A DNA stretch of 64,000 nt from an uncultured bacterium (GCA_963708045.1 OY970181.1:515740-579739); one strand, 5' to 3'; shown: positions 27,328-36,919, numbered from the stretch's first letter. Made by a program: numbers and translations. The notes: generated by a model from the letters alone, not told the origin.

Positions 27328-28878
27328 TTATTTCATCAAATCTTTTAGCAATTCCTCAGCCACTTGGGGGTTGGCTTTGCCGCCGGTGGCTTTCATTACG
27401 GCGCCGAGGAGGAATTTTATCACTTGGATTTTGCCGGCTTTATACTGAGTAACGCTATCTGGGTTTTGATTGACGATACTTTCCACAATCGGCCGGAGTT
27501 CGTCGGGGGATGATTTTTGGCCTAAGTCTTTTTCTTTAAGTACCGACTCGGGTGACGCGCCGGTTGTAAGCATTTCGGCGAGAATGACCTGTGCGGTCGC
27601 GGAATTTATTTTGCCTTCGTGGATGAGCGTTAAAAATTCGGCAAAGGCGTCGGGGGTGATTTTGGTTTTAAGTTCCAGCCAAGACATTTTTTTATCAACC
27701 AAAAGTCCGCCGAGTTTGGAAAGCAGCCAGCCCGAAACAAGCTTGGAAAGCTTGCCTTTGTTCGCCTGCCATTTTTCTTCTTCGGTGCCATCGGCGTCGC
27801 CGGTCGTCATAAGCCACGCACGTAGTTCGCTAAACGCTTCCTCCACATAATCAGCTAGCGCTGGGTCGTCGGTCATAAGCGTCGCGTCTTCGCGCATAAG
27901 ACCGTACTCGTCCATAAAGCGGGCGCGTTTGGCCATTGGTAGTTCGGGGATAAGTTGGCTCATTTTTTCACGAAGAGAAACAAGATCAAGTGGGGGAATG
28001 TCGGGCTCGGGGAAATAACGATAATCGTGTGCCGCTTCTTTTGAGCGCTGTTCTACGGTTACGCCTTTGGCATCGTCCCAACCGCGCGTGGTCGTAATAG
28101 CGACCGGGCTTCCTGTATCTTCCCAAACATTGGTTTGACGTTTTATTTCAAATTCCAAAGCGCGTTCCACATTGCGAATGGAATTGATATTTTTAACTTC
28201 GGTTTTTGGATTTAGTTTGCGCGCGGAAGAAGTTTCTTTTTTGGGGTCATCAATAACTTCGCGCATACTAATGTTGGCGTCGCAACGCATCTGTCCTTTT
28301 TCCATATCGGCGTCGGACACGCCAACCGCGCGCATTATGCGCTGAAGTTCCTGCAAAAACACGCGCGCTTCGGCCGGTGAAGCAAAATCTGGTTCGGTGA
28401 CAATTTCAGCCAGTGGTGTGCCGCCGCGGTTATAGTCAACATACGATGCTTTGCCATCGGCGGAATGTGTAAGCTTGGCGGCGTCTTCTTCCAAATGCAA
28501 GCGCGTAATGCCAATTCTTGGTTTTGGTCGTCCAATGGCGCCGGCTGGTAGTTCAATATCAAGATATCCTTCAACACTGATTGGTTCGTCAAATTGGGAA
28601 ATTTGATAACCTTTGGGAAGGTCGGGATAAAAATAATTTTTTCGGTCAAACTTGGCGCGGTCGGGGATACGGCAGTTTATAGCGAGCGCGGCTAAGACGC
28701 CAAGCTCTAGCGCCTTCGCGTTTGTAACCGGCAAAGTGCCAGGGTGTCCCGTGCAAACCGGGCAAATGGCAGTGTTGGGGGCCCGATCTTCGGAAATGTT
28801 TTCACAACCGCAAAACATTTTTGTCGCGGTTTTAAGCTGGACGTGGATTTCCAATCCGATTACCGGTTCAAGCTTCAT
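27328..28878 (-). CDS. gatB: Asp-tRNA(Asn)/Glu-tRNA(Gln) amidotransferase subunit B
   Basis: MKLEPVIGLEIHVQL N-terminus; CxxC; C-terminal GatB/YqeY domain. Confidence 0.95.
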   Translation of the reverse strand: MKLEPVIGLEIHVQLKTATKMFCGCENISEDRAPNTAICPVCTGHPGTLPVTNAKALELGVLAALAINCRIPDRAKFDRKNYFYPDLPKGYQISQFDEPISVEGYLDIELPAGAIGRPKPRIGITRLHLEEDAAKLTHSADGKASYVDYNRGGTPLAEIVTEPDFASPAEARVFLQELQRIMRAVGVSDADMEKGQMRCDANISMREVIDDPKKETSSARKLNPKTEVKNINSIRNVERALEFEIKRQTNVWEDTGSPVAITTTRGWDDAKGVTVEQRSKEAAHDYRYFPEPDIPPLDLVSLREKMSQLIPELPMAKRARFMDEYGLMREDATLMTDDPALADYVEEAFSELRAWLMTTGDADGTEEEKWQANKGKLSKLVSGWLLSKLGGLLVDKKMSWLELKTKITPDAFAEFLTLIHEGKINSATAQVILAEMLTTGASPESVLKEKDLGQKSSPDELRPIVESIVNQNPDSVTQYKAGKIQVIKFLLGAVMKATGGKANPQVAEELLKDLMK

Positions 28879-28886
28879 AGATTCGT

Positions 28887-29642
28887 TTATCTAGCCTCCT
28901 TAAAGTCGCGATACAGAGCAACCAGGGTCAAGAAAGGAAGAGAAATTACAACCCAACGGACAATGAGTGTGATGAAATAGTTGGCGTATGACATTATATT
29001 GGCGGTCATAACCGAGCCCGAGAGATTGTAGACAAGAACGGTGATGATATTAAGAAAAGCGGCGATGAGCCAAACACCGACAAAAATGCTAACGCCAATA
29101 ATAACGCTAATGCTAATTAGGTCAACAAGTAAAACAAAAAGTTTTCCTTGAGTGATTTCGCGGCTACGTGCGAGGGCGGCGCGTCCTCGTTTGCCTTCAA
29201 AAATTACCGTTTGTTCGGCAAACATATAGCGAAGGCTCCAAATAATGCCAGGGACGATAAGGAGGATGGTTCCGGCAATTACGATCAGCGAACGCAAAAT
29301 AGAAACCCAGAGAACCGAGAGAATCAAGGAAAGGCCTTTTTTAAACGAAGTCACGGCTTCAATTTTTTGGTTTTCAAAAAGACGGTTAAGGCTAAAGTAA
29401 AGGCTGATTGTGCTTGCCAAACAAAAAGCAATATAAATAATTCCTACCAAAATGTAGATTGTGGTCGTGGCGTAAGGCGGAAGGGGGACAATTTCCTGAA
29501 AACGTTTTAAAGGTAAAAAGACGCTGACAATACCGCTCACAATCATTGCAATGCCGAGTGGTAATGAGGCGATAATCACCGCCTTAAAATTTTTCGTGTA
29601 ATGATTCCAGATATTTTTTAATATGGTAACTGGATGAGTCAT
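28887..29642 (-). CDS. hypothetical polytopic membrane protein
   Basis: 251 aa, ~6 TM helices; (ACCTAAW)x5 heptamers directly upstream of the ATG. Confidence 0.45.
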   Translation of the reverse strand: MTHPVTILKNIWNHYTKNFKAVIIASLPLGIAMIVSGIVSVFLPLKRFQEIVPLPPYATTTIYILVGIIYIAFCLASTISLYFSLNRLFENQKIEAVTSFKKGLSLILSVLWVSILRSLIVIAGTILLIVPGIIWSLRYMFAEQTVIFEGKRGRAALARSREITQGKLFVLLVDLISISVIIGVSIFVGVWLIAAFLNIITVLVYNLSGSVMTANIMSYANYFITLIVRWVVISLPFLTLVALYRDFKEAR

Positions 29643-29646
29643 ATTG

Positions 29647-29681
29647 TTTAGGTATTAGGTTTTAGGTATTAGGTTTTAGGT
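29647..29681. repeat. tandem heptamers (WTTAGGT)x5
   Basis: tttaggt attaggt tttaggt attaggt tttaggt; 5 nt upstream of the 28887-29642 start on the sense strand. Confidence 0.8.
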
Positions 29682-29753
29682 ATAGAGAGATAAGAATGAT
29701 GATGTAAAATTAAGAAGACTGTTACAAACTTCTTAATTCTTAAATCTTACCTC

Positions 29754-30203
29754 TTAATTCTTTTTGTCGGAATAGCCGCCCGTTGAACCAAAACTGCCAC
29801 GTGATGTTTTTTTAATATTTTCCACCTCGTTCCATTCGGCGCGTTCTATTTTAACAAACATTCCTTGAGCAATGCGTTCGCCGCGTTCTACGGTTACGGA
29901 GTCTTTTCCAATATTCCACAGTTGGAGATGGACTTCGTCGGCGGGGCCGCAAAAATCTTGATCAATGATGCCGACCGAATTTGGCATTAGCAGATTTTTT
30001 TTGCGCGAAAGCGATGAACGCGGCGCGATCATAAACATATATCCGGGCGGCGTTGCCACGATAACATTTGCTGGTACAAGCGCGATCTCATTAGGATTTA
30101 TGACCATTGTTTTCCTGACGAGCAAATCAAACGCCACCGATCCCTCGGTTTCGTGGCGCGGCAGGGGAAGATCTTTGTCTATCCGTTTGATTTCTACGAG
30201 CAT
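29754..30203 (-). CDS. dut: dUTP diphosphatase
   Basis: dUTPase motifs RSSLSRK, GIIDQDF, GERIAQ, RGSFGSTG; start taken at the second ATG (30203) because the TGAAACA heptamer array covers the first ATG (30216-30218). Confidence 0.85.
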   Translation of the reverse strand: MLVEIKRIDKDLPLPRHETEGSVAFDLLVRKTMVINPNEIALVPANVIVATPPGYMFMIAPRSSLSRKKNLLMPNSVGIIDQDFCGPADEVHLQLWNIGKDSVTVERGERIAQGMFVKIERAEWNEVENIKKTSRGSFGSTGGYSDKKN

Positions 30204-30210
30204 GTTTTTA

Positions 30211-30291
30211 TGAAACATGAATCATGAAACATCCTCGCCGCGCTTTGCGCGGCCAAAATGATCCATGTTGTGTGCTTCATGCTTCATTATA
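30211..30291. repeat. heptamer array (TGAAWCA)x3, GC hairpin 30237-30253, degenerate inverse array, between rplA and dut
   Basis: Same architecture as the other loci; the rplA stop is at 30295. Confidence 0.7.
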
Positions 30292-30294
30292 TCA

Positions 30295-30975
30295 CTAAAC
30301 CGTGAGGTTGATAGCCGGTCCCATTGTCGTCGTGATAACGGCTTTGACGATAAAATTACCCTTGGAAGCGGACGGGCGAGCGCGGCGAAGTGCCTCCATA
30401 AAAGCGGTGGCGTTTTCAGCGAGCTTGGTTTCGTCAAAAGAAACCTTGCCAAGAATGGCATGGACGTTTCCGGTGTCATCATTTTTAAAAGCGATTTTGC
30501 CTTTCTTTTGGTCTTCAACCATCGCTTTAATATTCGGGCCGACGGTGTCGGTTTTTGGGTTCGGCATCAAGCCCTTAGGACCGAGGATTCTTGCAATTTT
30601 GGCGAGCTTTGGCATCATATCCGGCGTTGCAATGGCCACTTCAAATTCAATTTTATTTGAAGACGCGATTTGGGCGATTAATTCTTCGCCGCCGACAATG
30701 TCGGCGCCGGCGTCCTTGGCTTCTTTTTCTTTTTCAACCGCGCCCGTGAAAACGGCAACTTTTTTGTTTTTGCCAGTACCATGGGGGAGCGAGACGGTTC
30801 CGCGCACCTGTTCGTCGCCTTGTTTTGGATCAATTCCAAGCTTGGCGTGGAATTCAACGGACGCGTCAAATTTAGCCACGCCGGTTTTTTTGGCTAAAGC
30901 CACAGCTTCGGCGAGTGAATAAGTTTTCTTGGGGTCAATCAACTTGACCGCTTCGGCATACTTTTTTCCTGACAT
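30295..30975 (-). CDS. rplA: 50S ribosomal protein L1
   Basis: Full-length L1 (MSGKKY ... KLID ... GTVSLPHGTGK); heptamer array and a 275-nt leader upstream. Confidence 0.95.
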   Translation of the reverse strand: MSGKKYAEAVKLIDPKKTYSLAEAVALAKKTGVAKFDASVEFHAKLGIDPKQGDEQVRGTVSLPHGTGKNKKVAVFTGAVEKEKEAKDAGADIVGGEELIAQIASSNKIEFEVAIATPDMMPKLAKIARILGPKGLMPNPKTDTVGPNIKAMVEDQKKGKIAFKNDDTGNVHAILGKVSFDETKLAENATAFMEALRRARPSASKGNFIVKAVITTTMGPAINLTV

Positions 30976-31251
30976 ATTTTTTTATGGACCATGAACTATG
31001 GACCATGAACAATTATTTCGAGGCTCGGCCTCGAGGCTGAGCCTCGAAGATTTGCCGGTGAATTAAAGAAACGGACCGCCATGGGTCCGTCTTTGGATCT
31101 CATGACGTGGTATTAGCGAGCCGATGGACATCGGCTCTCCCACATCCGTTATGGCAATATATTAGCCCAAAGCCGTATTTTTGGCAAGTCTACCGTCATC
31201 CCAGCGATAAGCTGGGATCCAGTGATTCCTCGCAATGACAAAAACACCGCA

Positions 31252-31701
31252 CTATTTCCCCAAATACATCCTAACTCCTTCTAAAAGGCCAGAAGTAAAG
31301 TATTTTTCTAATTCTATTTTATTTAGATTAACCCATTCAAATCCGGCGTGCTCGTCGCTGGTTTTTATTTCGCCGCCTAAGTATTGCGCTTCAAAGAAAA
31401 GATAAAGTACATGAACATCCTTACCGGTTTTGGTGAGCGAGGAGGGGATAATGTGGCGGCCGAAGGCGATAATTTTTGGTTGAAGTTTAAATTGAACGTC
31501 GCCGAGTTCCTCGGAAATTTCGCGGCTAATAATATCAGCAAAGTCGGCCTTAAATTCGTCCTCGTCAATTCGTCCGCCCGGAAGGTCGTAAAAGCCGGCA
31601 TAACTGCCGCGCGAAACCGCTTTGAGTGCCAAAATTTCGTTGCTCGCGTTTTTAAGGATGAGCTTTAGTGATATCTGACAGAGATCTTTTTCTTTTGCCA
31701 T
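31252..31701 (-). CDS. NUDIX hydrolase
   Basis: Nudix box GGRIDEDE ... REISEELG. Confidence 0.85.
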   Translation of the reverse strand: MAKEKDLCQISLKLILKNASNEILALKAVSRGSYAGFYDLPGGRIDEDEFKADFADIISREISEELGDVQFKLQPKIIAFGRHIIPSSLTKTGKDVHVLYLFFEAQYLGGEIKTSDEHAGFEWVNLNKIELEKYFTSGLLEGVRMYLGK

Positions 31702-31704
31702 AGG

Positions 31705-32127
31705 TTATTTTTTTGCAAACGAGATATACGTTCTCGCAAATTTTTTTATCGCCGGCGAGATTTTTAGTTTCAGCAGTTCGTTCGGCGTAACCCATTTGAG
31801 GTCGTCGTGTTCAAAACTTAGGACAACGTTTTTGCGCGGTGCGCAAGCAATATAATATAACTTAACCCAAAACTCGCCGCGATCGTTGATTTTTGACGAG
31901 GTATCCAAAAGCAGGAGCCCTGAAACTTTTAGCCCGGTTTCTTCTTTTATCTCACGAATAATTCCGGCCTTAGTGTCTTCGCCAAAATCCAAACGTCCGC
32001 CGGGGAGATCCCAATAAAGCGGTCTTGAAGGCGCGGTTTTTGTCCGTCTAATAGTCAAAATTTTTCCTTGCTCATTAAGAAGGATCGCCTTTTGCGAAAT
32101 TCTTGTGAGATAGTGCTTGTTTTTCAT
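31705..32127 (-). CDS. NUDIX hydrolase (second, tandem)
   Basis: Nudix box LPGGRLDFGED...REIKEETG; start moved to ATG 32127 (MKNKHYL) to avoid an 80-nt overlap with the HD gene. Confidence 0.8.
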   Translation of the reverse strand: MKNKHYLTRISQKAILLNEQGKILTIRRTKTAPSRPLYWDLPGGRLDFGEDTKAGIIREIKEETGLKVSGLLLLDTSSKINDRGEFWVKLYYIACAPRKNVVLSFEHDDLKWVTPNELLKLKISPAIKKFARTYISFAKK

Positions 32128-32137
32128 AACGATAAAT

Positions 32138-32764
32138 TTATTTTCGCCGTTTCCATTTTTTATTTTTTTCGCCGCGGTCAACAAACCAAGCGTCATCGGC
32201 ATTGAACCACCAAGCATCGGGGTGCATTTTATTCATAAACTGCCCGATTTTTTTCGCGGCTGGAGTCTTAAGGCGTTTAAGGGCAATTATAATCCACGCG
32301 CGCGCTTTGGTGTTGCCTTTTACCTCTTCGGTGCGCAAGGTGGAGATCCATTCAAGCACGTCGGCATCCTTTACCAATTTTGCTTCAATTGTTTTTCGTT
32401 CCTGCTCTTCTTTAAAAAGAGAAAGAATTTCATCGCCAAAAGGGATGCTCTTCGCGATGTCAGCAACGGCATCGGCTTCGGCCAACCGTCCATAACGCTG
32501 GTGAACATAGTTATGGTCGGAGGTTCGGCCTTCGCCAATATCGTGGAACAAAGCCATAAGAATGACTTTTTCTTTGTTGGCTTTTGGTTCAAGGTGTGTG
32601 AGCGCATACGCGATCATCGCCGTATGAAACAAGTGTTCGGCCACCGACTGTTTGCCGCTTCCTAAAAACCAAAACCCCGAACGCGGCGTTTGGCTGTGAA
32701 TATTTGTTTCGTAAATAAAATCACTGATCTTGGCGTAAATGTGTTTTTGTTTTTTGTCAGGCAT
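32138..32764 (-). CDS. HD-domain phosphohydrolase (YfbR-like 5'-deoxynucleotidase family)
   Basis: H...HD...D metal motifs (VAEHLFH, LFHDIGE, KDADVLE). Confidence 0.75.
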   Translation of the reverse strand: MPDKKQKHIYAKISDFIYETNIHSQTPRSGFWFLGSGKQSVAEHLFHTAMIAYALTHLEPKANKEKVILMALFHDIGEGRTSDHNYVHQRYGRLAEADAVADIAKSIPFGDEILSLFKEEQERKTIEAKLVKDADVLEWISTLRTEEVKGNTKARAWIIIALKRLKTPAAKKIGQFMNKMHPDAWWFNADDAWFVDRGEKNKKWKRRK

Positions 32765-32787
32765 ATTTTCCGGTCAAGCTTTAATGT

Positions 32788-33171
32788 TTACACCTCTTTT
32801 CGTTCCTTCCATTCTTTTTGCACAATCCTAAAGTGAAAGAGAAAGAGGGGAAGCGCGATGACGAGCATAGACAGGTCGCGAACGGCGGAAGATTGGTTTT
32901 GGCGGACGGTATTTTCTTTGTTTTGCTTGTCTTGGAGATCGCACTCGGCTTGGGTTGGACCCGACGGAATGTCGTTTCCAACCGTGCTCGGCGTTTTTAT
33001 GCCGTAGCTACCAGGAATACATTGGCTGTACATTGGCTCGGCATTCTTAAAAACCCAGGTTTTAAGCCCAAGGTTAACAAGGTCAACGCAGGAAAATACC
33101 AGCATAAAGAGAGCGATGATTGAAACGGTGTAGAAATAGATTGAACGAATGATTTGTGTTGCTTTAGACAT
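32788..33171 (-). CDS. hypothetical membrane protein
   Basis: Two terminal TM helices with a Cys-containing loop; no motif. Confidence 0.4.
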   Translation of the reverse strand: MSKATQIIRSIYFYTVSIIALFMLVFSCVDLVNLGLKTWVFKNAEPMYSQCIPGSYGIKTPSTVGNDIPSGPTQAECDLQDKQNKENTVRQNQSSAVRDLSMLVIALPLFLFHFRIVQKEWKERKEV

Positions 33172-33256
33172 AAATTTAGCTTTTTAGGGTTAATAAAAAT
33201 TAAACCGCCCCTTGGACAGGGACGGTTTAATTATATACTACTTTATGTTTTATTTA

Positions 33257-33291
33257 CCACGTGCAACGTGCAATGTGCTATGTGCGACGTG
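33257..33291. repeat. tandem heptamers (CNAYGTG)x5 directly after the rplK stop
   Basis: ccacgtg caacgtg caatgtg ctatgtg cgacgtg; same unit family as the 46366-46555 array. Confidence 0.8.
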
Positions 33292-33295
33292 CCAA

Positions 33296-33724
33296 CTAGC
33301 CTTCAATAACTTCCAAACCCATTTGACGGGCGGTTCCCATAATCTGGCTTATTGCGGATTCAATGTCGGTCGTGTTTAAGTCTGGCATTTTACGCTCGGC
33401 AATGGCGCGAACTTGCGACTTTTTCACTTTACCGACTTTTTCGGAAAGTGGCTTGCCCGAACCTTTGGTAATGCCGGCGGCTTTCATAAGCAAGTTGGAA
33501 GCTGGCGGGGTTTTTAACTTCATTGAGTACGTCCTGTCCTCGTAGATTGTGAGGTCAAGCGGAATGATGTCATCGCCCATCGCTTTGGTCGCGGCATTAA
33601 ACTTGGTGCAAAATTCACCAAGATTAAGACCGTGCGGGCCGAGCGCAGTTCCGACTGGCGGGGCGGGAGTCGCCTTTCCGGCCGGAATTTGCATTTTTAC
33701 GATTGTTTTAATTTTTTTGGCCAT
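33296..33724 (-). CDS. rplK: 50S ribosomal protein L11
   Basis: [20 protein letters not shown]11 signature. Confidence 0.95.
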   Translation of the reverse strand: MAKKIKTIVKMQIPAGKATPAPPVGTALGPHGLNLGEFCTKFNAATKAMGDDIIPLDLTIYEDRTYSMKLKTPPASNLLMKAAGITKGSGKPLSEKVGKVKKSQVRAIAERKMPDLNTTDIESAISQIMGTARQMGLEVIEG

Positions 33725-33852
33725 ATATTAGCTTGTAGATTGTAGGTTCATTAAAATTTATGAATTAGATGATGGCTTTGGAACCTCGAGAAGCGCAAGG
33801 TTTCAAACAATCATCCGTCTTCTAAATTCTAATCTCCAGGATCTAATCTCTT

Positions 33853-34398
33853 TTAGATTTTTTTAATTTGCAAGAAGTCCAATTCAACCGGCGTTTCGCG
33901 GCCAAACATATTAACCAACACTTTGACCTTGCCGCGTTCGGCGTCAATGTCGCTCACTTTGCCTTCAAAGTTTTTAAACGGTCCGTCATTAATGCGCACG
34001 GGGTCGCTCACCATAACGTCAATTTTGTATTGCGGCTCATCAACGCCCATCCGCTTTTGCAATGACTTGATTTCCTCGTCGGCAATTGGGGTCGGGGTAG
34101 TGCCGGTGCCAATAAAACCGGTAACGTTCGGCGTATTGCGGACAACGTACCATGAGTCGTCGGTCACAATCATATCTACAAGCACATATCCAGGGAAGAT
34201 TTTTTCTTCAATAACCTTGCGCTTGCCGTTTTTAATTTTGATTTTTTTCTCTTTTGGAATAAGGATGGCAAAAATTTTGTCTTCCATATCCATGGAGTCA
34301 ATGCGTTGTTTGAGGTTTTCGGCGACGTTTTCTTCGTAACCCGAGTAGGTGTGAATGGCGTACCAGCGTCGGCCTTGTTGAATGACTTGTTTTGGCAT
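33853..34398 (-). CDS. nusG: transcription termination/antitermination factor NusG
   Basis: NGN domain (RRWYAIHTYSGYE) and KOW domain; ATG 34398 overlaps the secE stop, so the track's N-terminal extension is not coding. Confidence 0.9.
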   Translation of the reverse strand: MPKQVIQQGRRWYAIHTYSGYEENVAENLKQRIDSMDMEDKIFAILIPKEKKIKIKNGKRKVIEEKIFPGYVLVDMIVTDDSWYVVRNTPNVTGFIGTGTTPTPIADEEIKSLQKRMGVDEPQYKIDVMVSDPVRINDGPFKNFEGKVSDIDAERGKVKVLVNMFGRETPVELDFLQIKKI

Positions 34399-34399
34399 A

Positions 34400-34585
34400 T
34401 TAACGAGTAATAATTTTTGTGAGGCCGTAAGTAAAAAGAAGGTCGGCGGCACCAAGGTAAATAGCAATAAGAAGCGACACGCCAATAACAAGCAGGGTGT
34501 GTTTGGTCACCATTTCGCGATTTGGCCAGGAAACGCGGGAGAGCTCTTCTTTTGTTTCGTGGAAGAATTTGATAATTTTACCCAT
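34400..34585 (-). CDS. secE: preprotein translocase subunit SecE
   Basis: 61 aa, single C-terminal TM helix, conserved secE-nusG-rplK context. Confidence 0.85.
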   Translation of the reverse strand: MGKIIKFFHETKEELSRVSWPNREMVTKHTLLVIGVSLLIAIYLGAADLLFTYGLTKIITR

Positions 34586-34760
34586 ATTTAACTAATTTTT
34601 TAGTCTTAAAAAAGCCCTGGCGGGCTTGGATAATGACTATAGCATATCTGCAAAAAGTGTCAATTTGGCAAAACAAAAACCCCGCCCTTATTTTGCTGTT
34701 GAAAAATATTTCAAAAATTCTTTTTAAAACCGGTCAGTAAAATAAGAGCGGGGTAAAAGT

Positions 34761-34853
34761 TTATCTTCGGCGCTTGGCCGCCTTCTTTACCTTGCGCACA
34801 ACTTTCTTGGCCTTGCGCACCACCTTTTTTTTCGCTGTCTTCTTTTTTGCCAT
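34761..34853 (-). CDS. 30-aa highly basic peptide (MAKKKTAKKKVVRKAKKVVRKVKKAAKRRR)
   Basis: Below the ORF-track size cutoff; strong SD GGGAGGTG 6 nt upstream of the ATG; terminator-like hairpin and T-run downstream (34612-34627); directly upstream of secE, where rpmG normally sits. Confidence 0.45.
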   Translation of the reverse strand: MAKKKTAKKKVVRKAKKVVRKVKKAAKRRR

Positions 34854-35017
34854 TTAAAACACCTCCCTTCAAATTTGTTTCGCCAAGCTTAGCTCGGCAG
34901 AAAATTTTTTCGTGCCGTAAAACAATTGCACGTTAAATATATTCTAGCACGTTTTTACATTTTTGTCGGGGAAAAAACATCTGTGCATAACTTTTTAACA
35001 AAAAATAAAAAATATTT

Positions 35018-36916
35018 TTATTTAATTGGCAGAGTAAACCAAAACCTAGATCCTTTTTCGGGTTCGCTCGTAACGCCGATTTCTCCGCCCAACTTTTCAA
35101 TAATCATTTTGGCGATGTAGAGGCCAAGACCGATTCCTTCTTGCGATCGGCTGAACGAAGCATCGAGTTGTCCAAATTTTTTAAATATTTCGGATTGTTT
35201 TTCTTTAGCGATTCCCGGCCCTTCATCCGTGACACTTATGGTAATTTTGTTATTTTTAATATTAGAAACAGAAAGTTTAATAGTTTGTTCCCTTGGCCCA
35301 AACTTAATCGCGTTGTCTACAAGATCAAAAATAACTTGCGAAATTTTTTCTTGATCACTGATGATTACTTGCTCGGGCAAACTAACTTTTAATAATATTT
35401 TATCATCGCGGTCGCGGGCAATTGATTTTAGAATTGGTTCTAAGCCGTTTATAAAGTCGCCAACTTTAAAGGTCGTCGCATTCGTTGGTATATTTTTGTG
35501 TTCATAACGCGTGACGTCTAAGATTTGCTTGATTGTCCGAGACAACCGCTCGGCTTCCTCGTGAATAATATTGATATACTGATGCTCCTGAGTCGTGAGC
35601 GCTCCGTTTTCGTGTTCAATAATTTCCGAAAGCCCGATAATTGAAGTAAGCGGCGTGCGCAATTCGTGGGTGGCAATATTTATAAACTCGTCTTGAATTG
35701 TTTTAAGTTCAAGTAGTTCGCGTAGTTTTTTAACATCGGTTATGTCGCGGGCAACACAAACCAAGACGGTCTGGCCATAATAGTCAGCCTTTCGCGCGAT
35801 TAGTTCAAAGGGGATGGCTTGTCCATTTTTGGCGCGCATTTCTATTTGTAAAAATAACATTCCTTGGGACTTGACGCGGTTCACCCGTTCGGTAAGGATC
35901 TCAGGCAAACTATTTTTTGCCGGTAAAATTTCAAGATCTCGCGGTGTCATCTTTAGGAGTTCGTCATGGCGATAACTAAGTTTTTCACAAGCTGTCCGGT
36001 TGACTTCTATAAATTTTTTGTCATAAACATTTTCGCCGGGAAGAATAAAGATGGCGTCGCCAGCGCTGTCAAAAACCATTTTAAATTTTTTCTCGCCCAT
36101 AAGCGCCAGCCGTTTGAGATCGCGGACGCGGAAGTTTTTGCTCATATCGCGGCAGATTGCCACCATAAGTTTTCGGTTGTTTAAAACCATGATATGAGAG
36201 TGGATCTGAACGGGGATGATCTTGCCAAGTTTGGTCACGTGTTCGGTTTCAAAAACACCAACCCCTTTTTGTTTTACTAAGGCGATTTTTTCTAGGGTCG
36301 TAGGCCGTGTTGCTTGCGAATTAATGTCCATTGCTGACATTTTTAACAATTGCCGTCTGGTGTAGCCGCTTTGTCGGCAGGCCGCGTTGTTTACTTCAAC
36401 AAAGCGTCCGTTCTCGTCCAAAATATATATTGGATCGGCGGTGTTTTTGAAAATGGTTTTAAATTTAATATCATTGATAATCGCCGTTTGCTGCGTGTTT
36501 ATTTCTGGTGTTATGTCGCGGAAATACCAAACGCGACCGAGGTATTTTTTATTCGCGCCGAAGATTGGCGACGAATAGCGCGAGAAAGTGCGCCCGTCTT
36601 TTAGTTCAATTCGTTCGTAATTGTTTTCGTTCGGGTTTTGGTATAGATATGTAACTGTTTTTAAAAATTGGTTGGGGTTTTTAATGAGCCGCGTTACGTG
36701 TTTAAGAAATTTTTTGTCATTGTTCGTGCTTAACACCGCTTTTGGGATGAGCCACATTTTTCCAAAGAGGGTATTATGCGCCAAAATTTTTCCTTCCGAA
36801 CTAACAACAAGAATGCCGTCGGGCGAGGTTTCAAACTGTGCCGCTAAAAGTGCGTCCGTGCGAATATTTTTTTTGGCGTTCAAATTCTTTAATAATGGTT
36901 TTTTCTTGGTTGACAT
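35018..36916 (-). CDS. cytoplasmic multi-PAS sensor histidine kinase
   Basis: Three PAS-like segments; HisKA H-box HELRTPLTSI; HATPase_c N, G1 (DNAIKF), G2 (GIGLGL) boxes; no TM helix. Confidence 0.9.
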   Translation of the reverse strand: MSTKKKPLLKNLNAKKNIRTDALLAAQFETSPDGILVVSSEGKILAHNTLFGKMWLIPKAVLSTNNDKKFLKHVTRLIKNPNQFLKTVTYLYQNPNENNYERIELKDGRTFSRYSSPIFGANKKYLGRVWYFRDITPEINTQQTAIINDIKFKTIFKNTADPIYILDENGRFVEVNNAACRQSGYTRRQLLKMSAMDINSQATRPTTLEKIALVKQKGVGVFETEHVTKLGKIIPVQIHSHIMVLNNRKLMVAICRDMSKNFRVRDLKRLALMGEKKFKMVFDSAGDAIFILPGENVYDKKFIEVNRTACEKLSYRHDELLKMTPRDLEILPAKNSLPEILTERVNRVKSQGMLFLQIEMRAKNGQAIPFELIARKADYYGQTVLVCVARDITDVKKLRELLELKTIQDEFINIATHELRTPLTSIIGLSEIIEHENGALTTQEHQYINIIHEEAERLSRTIKQILDVTRYEHKNIPTNATTFKVGDFINGLEPILKSIARDRDDKILLKVSLPEQVIISDQEKISQVIFDLVDNAIKFGPREQTIKLSVSNIKNNKITISVTDEGPGIAKEKQSEIFKKFGQLDASFSRSQEGIGLGLYIAKMIIEKLGGEIGVTSEPEKGSRFWFTLPIK

Positions 36917-36919
36917 AAG

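Noticed and set aside
34399-34491. N-terminal extension of nusG overlapping secE
   Set aside because: The conserved NusG NGN domain begins at the ATG 34398, which is stop/start-coupled to secE; the extension is ORF-track read-through
34636-34663. Near-consensus promoter TTGACA-16-TATAGT on the minus strand upstream of secE
   Set aside because: Its predicted TSS falls inside the terminator hairpin of the upstream peptide gene (34612-34627); kept only as a weak possibility
34586-35017. tRNA-Trp or rpmG expected upstream of secE
   Set aside because: No cloverleaf, T-loop (GTTCRANYC) or Cys-bearing L33 ORF found; only the 30-aa basic peptide gene is present
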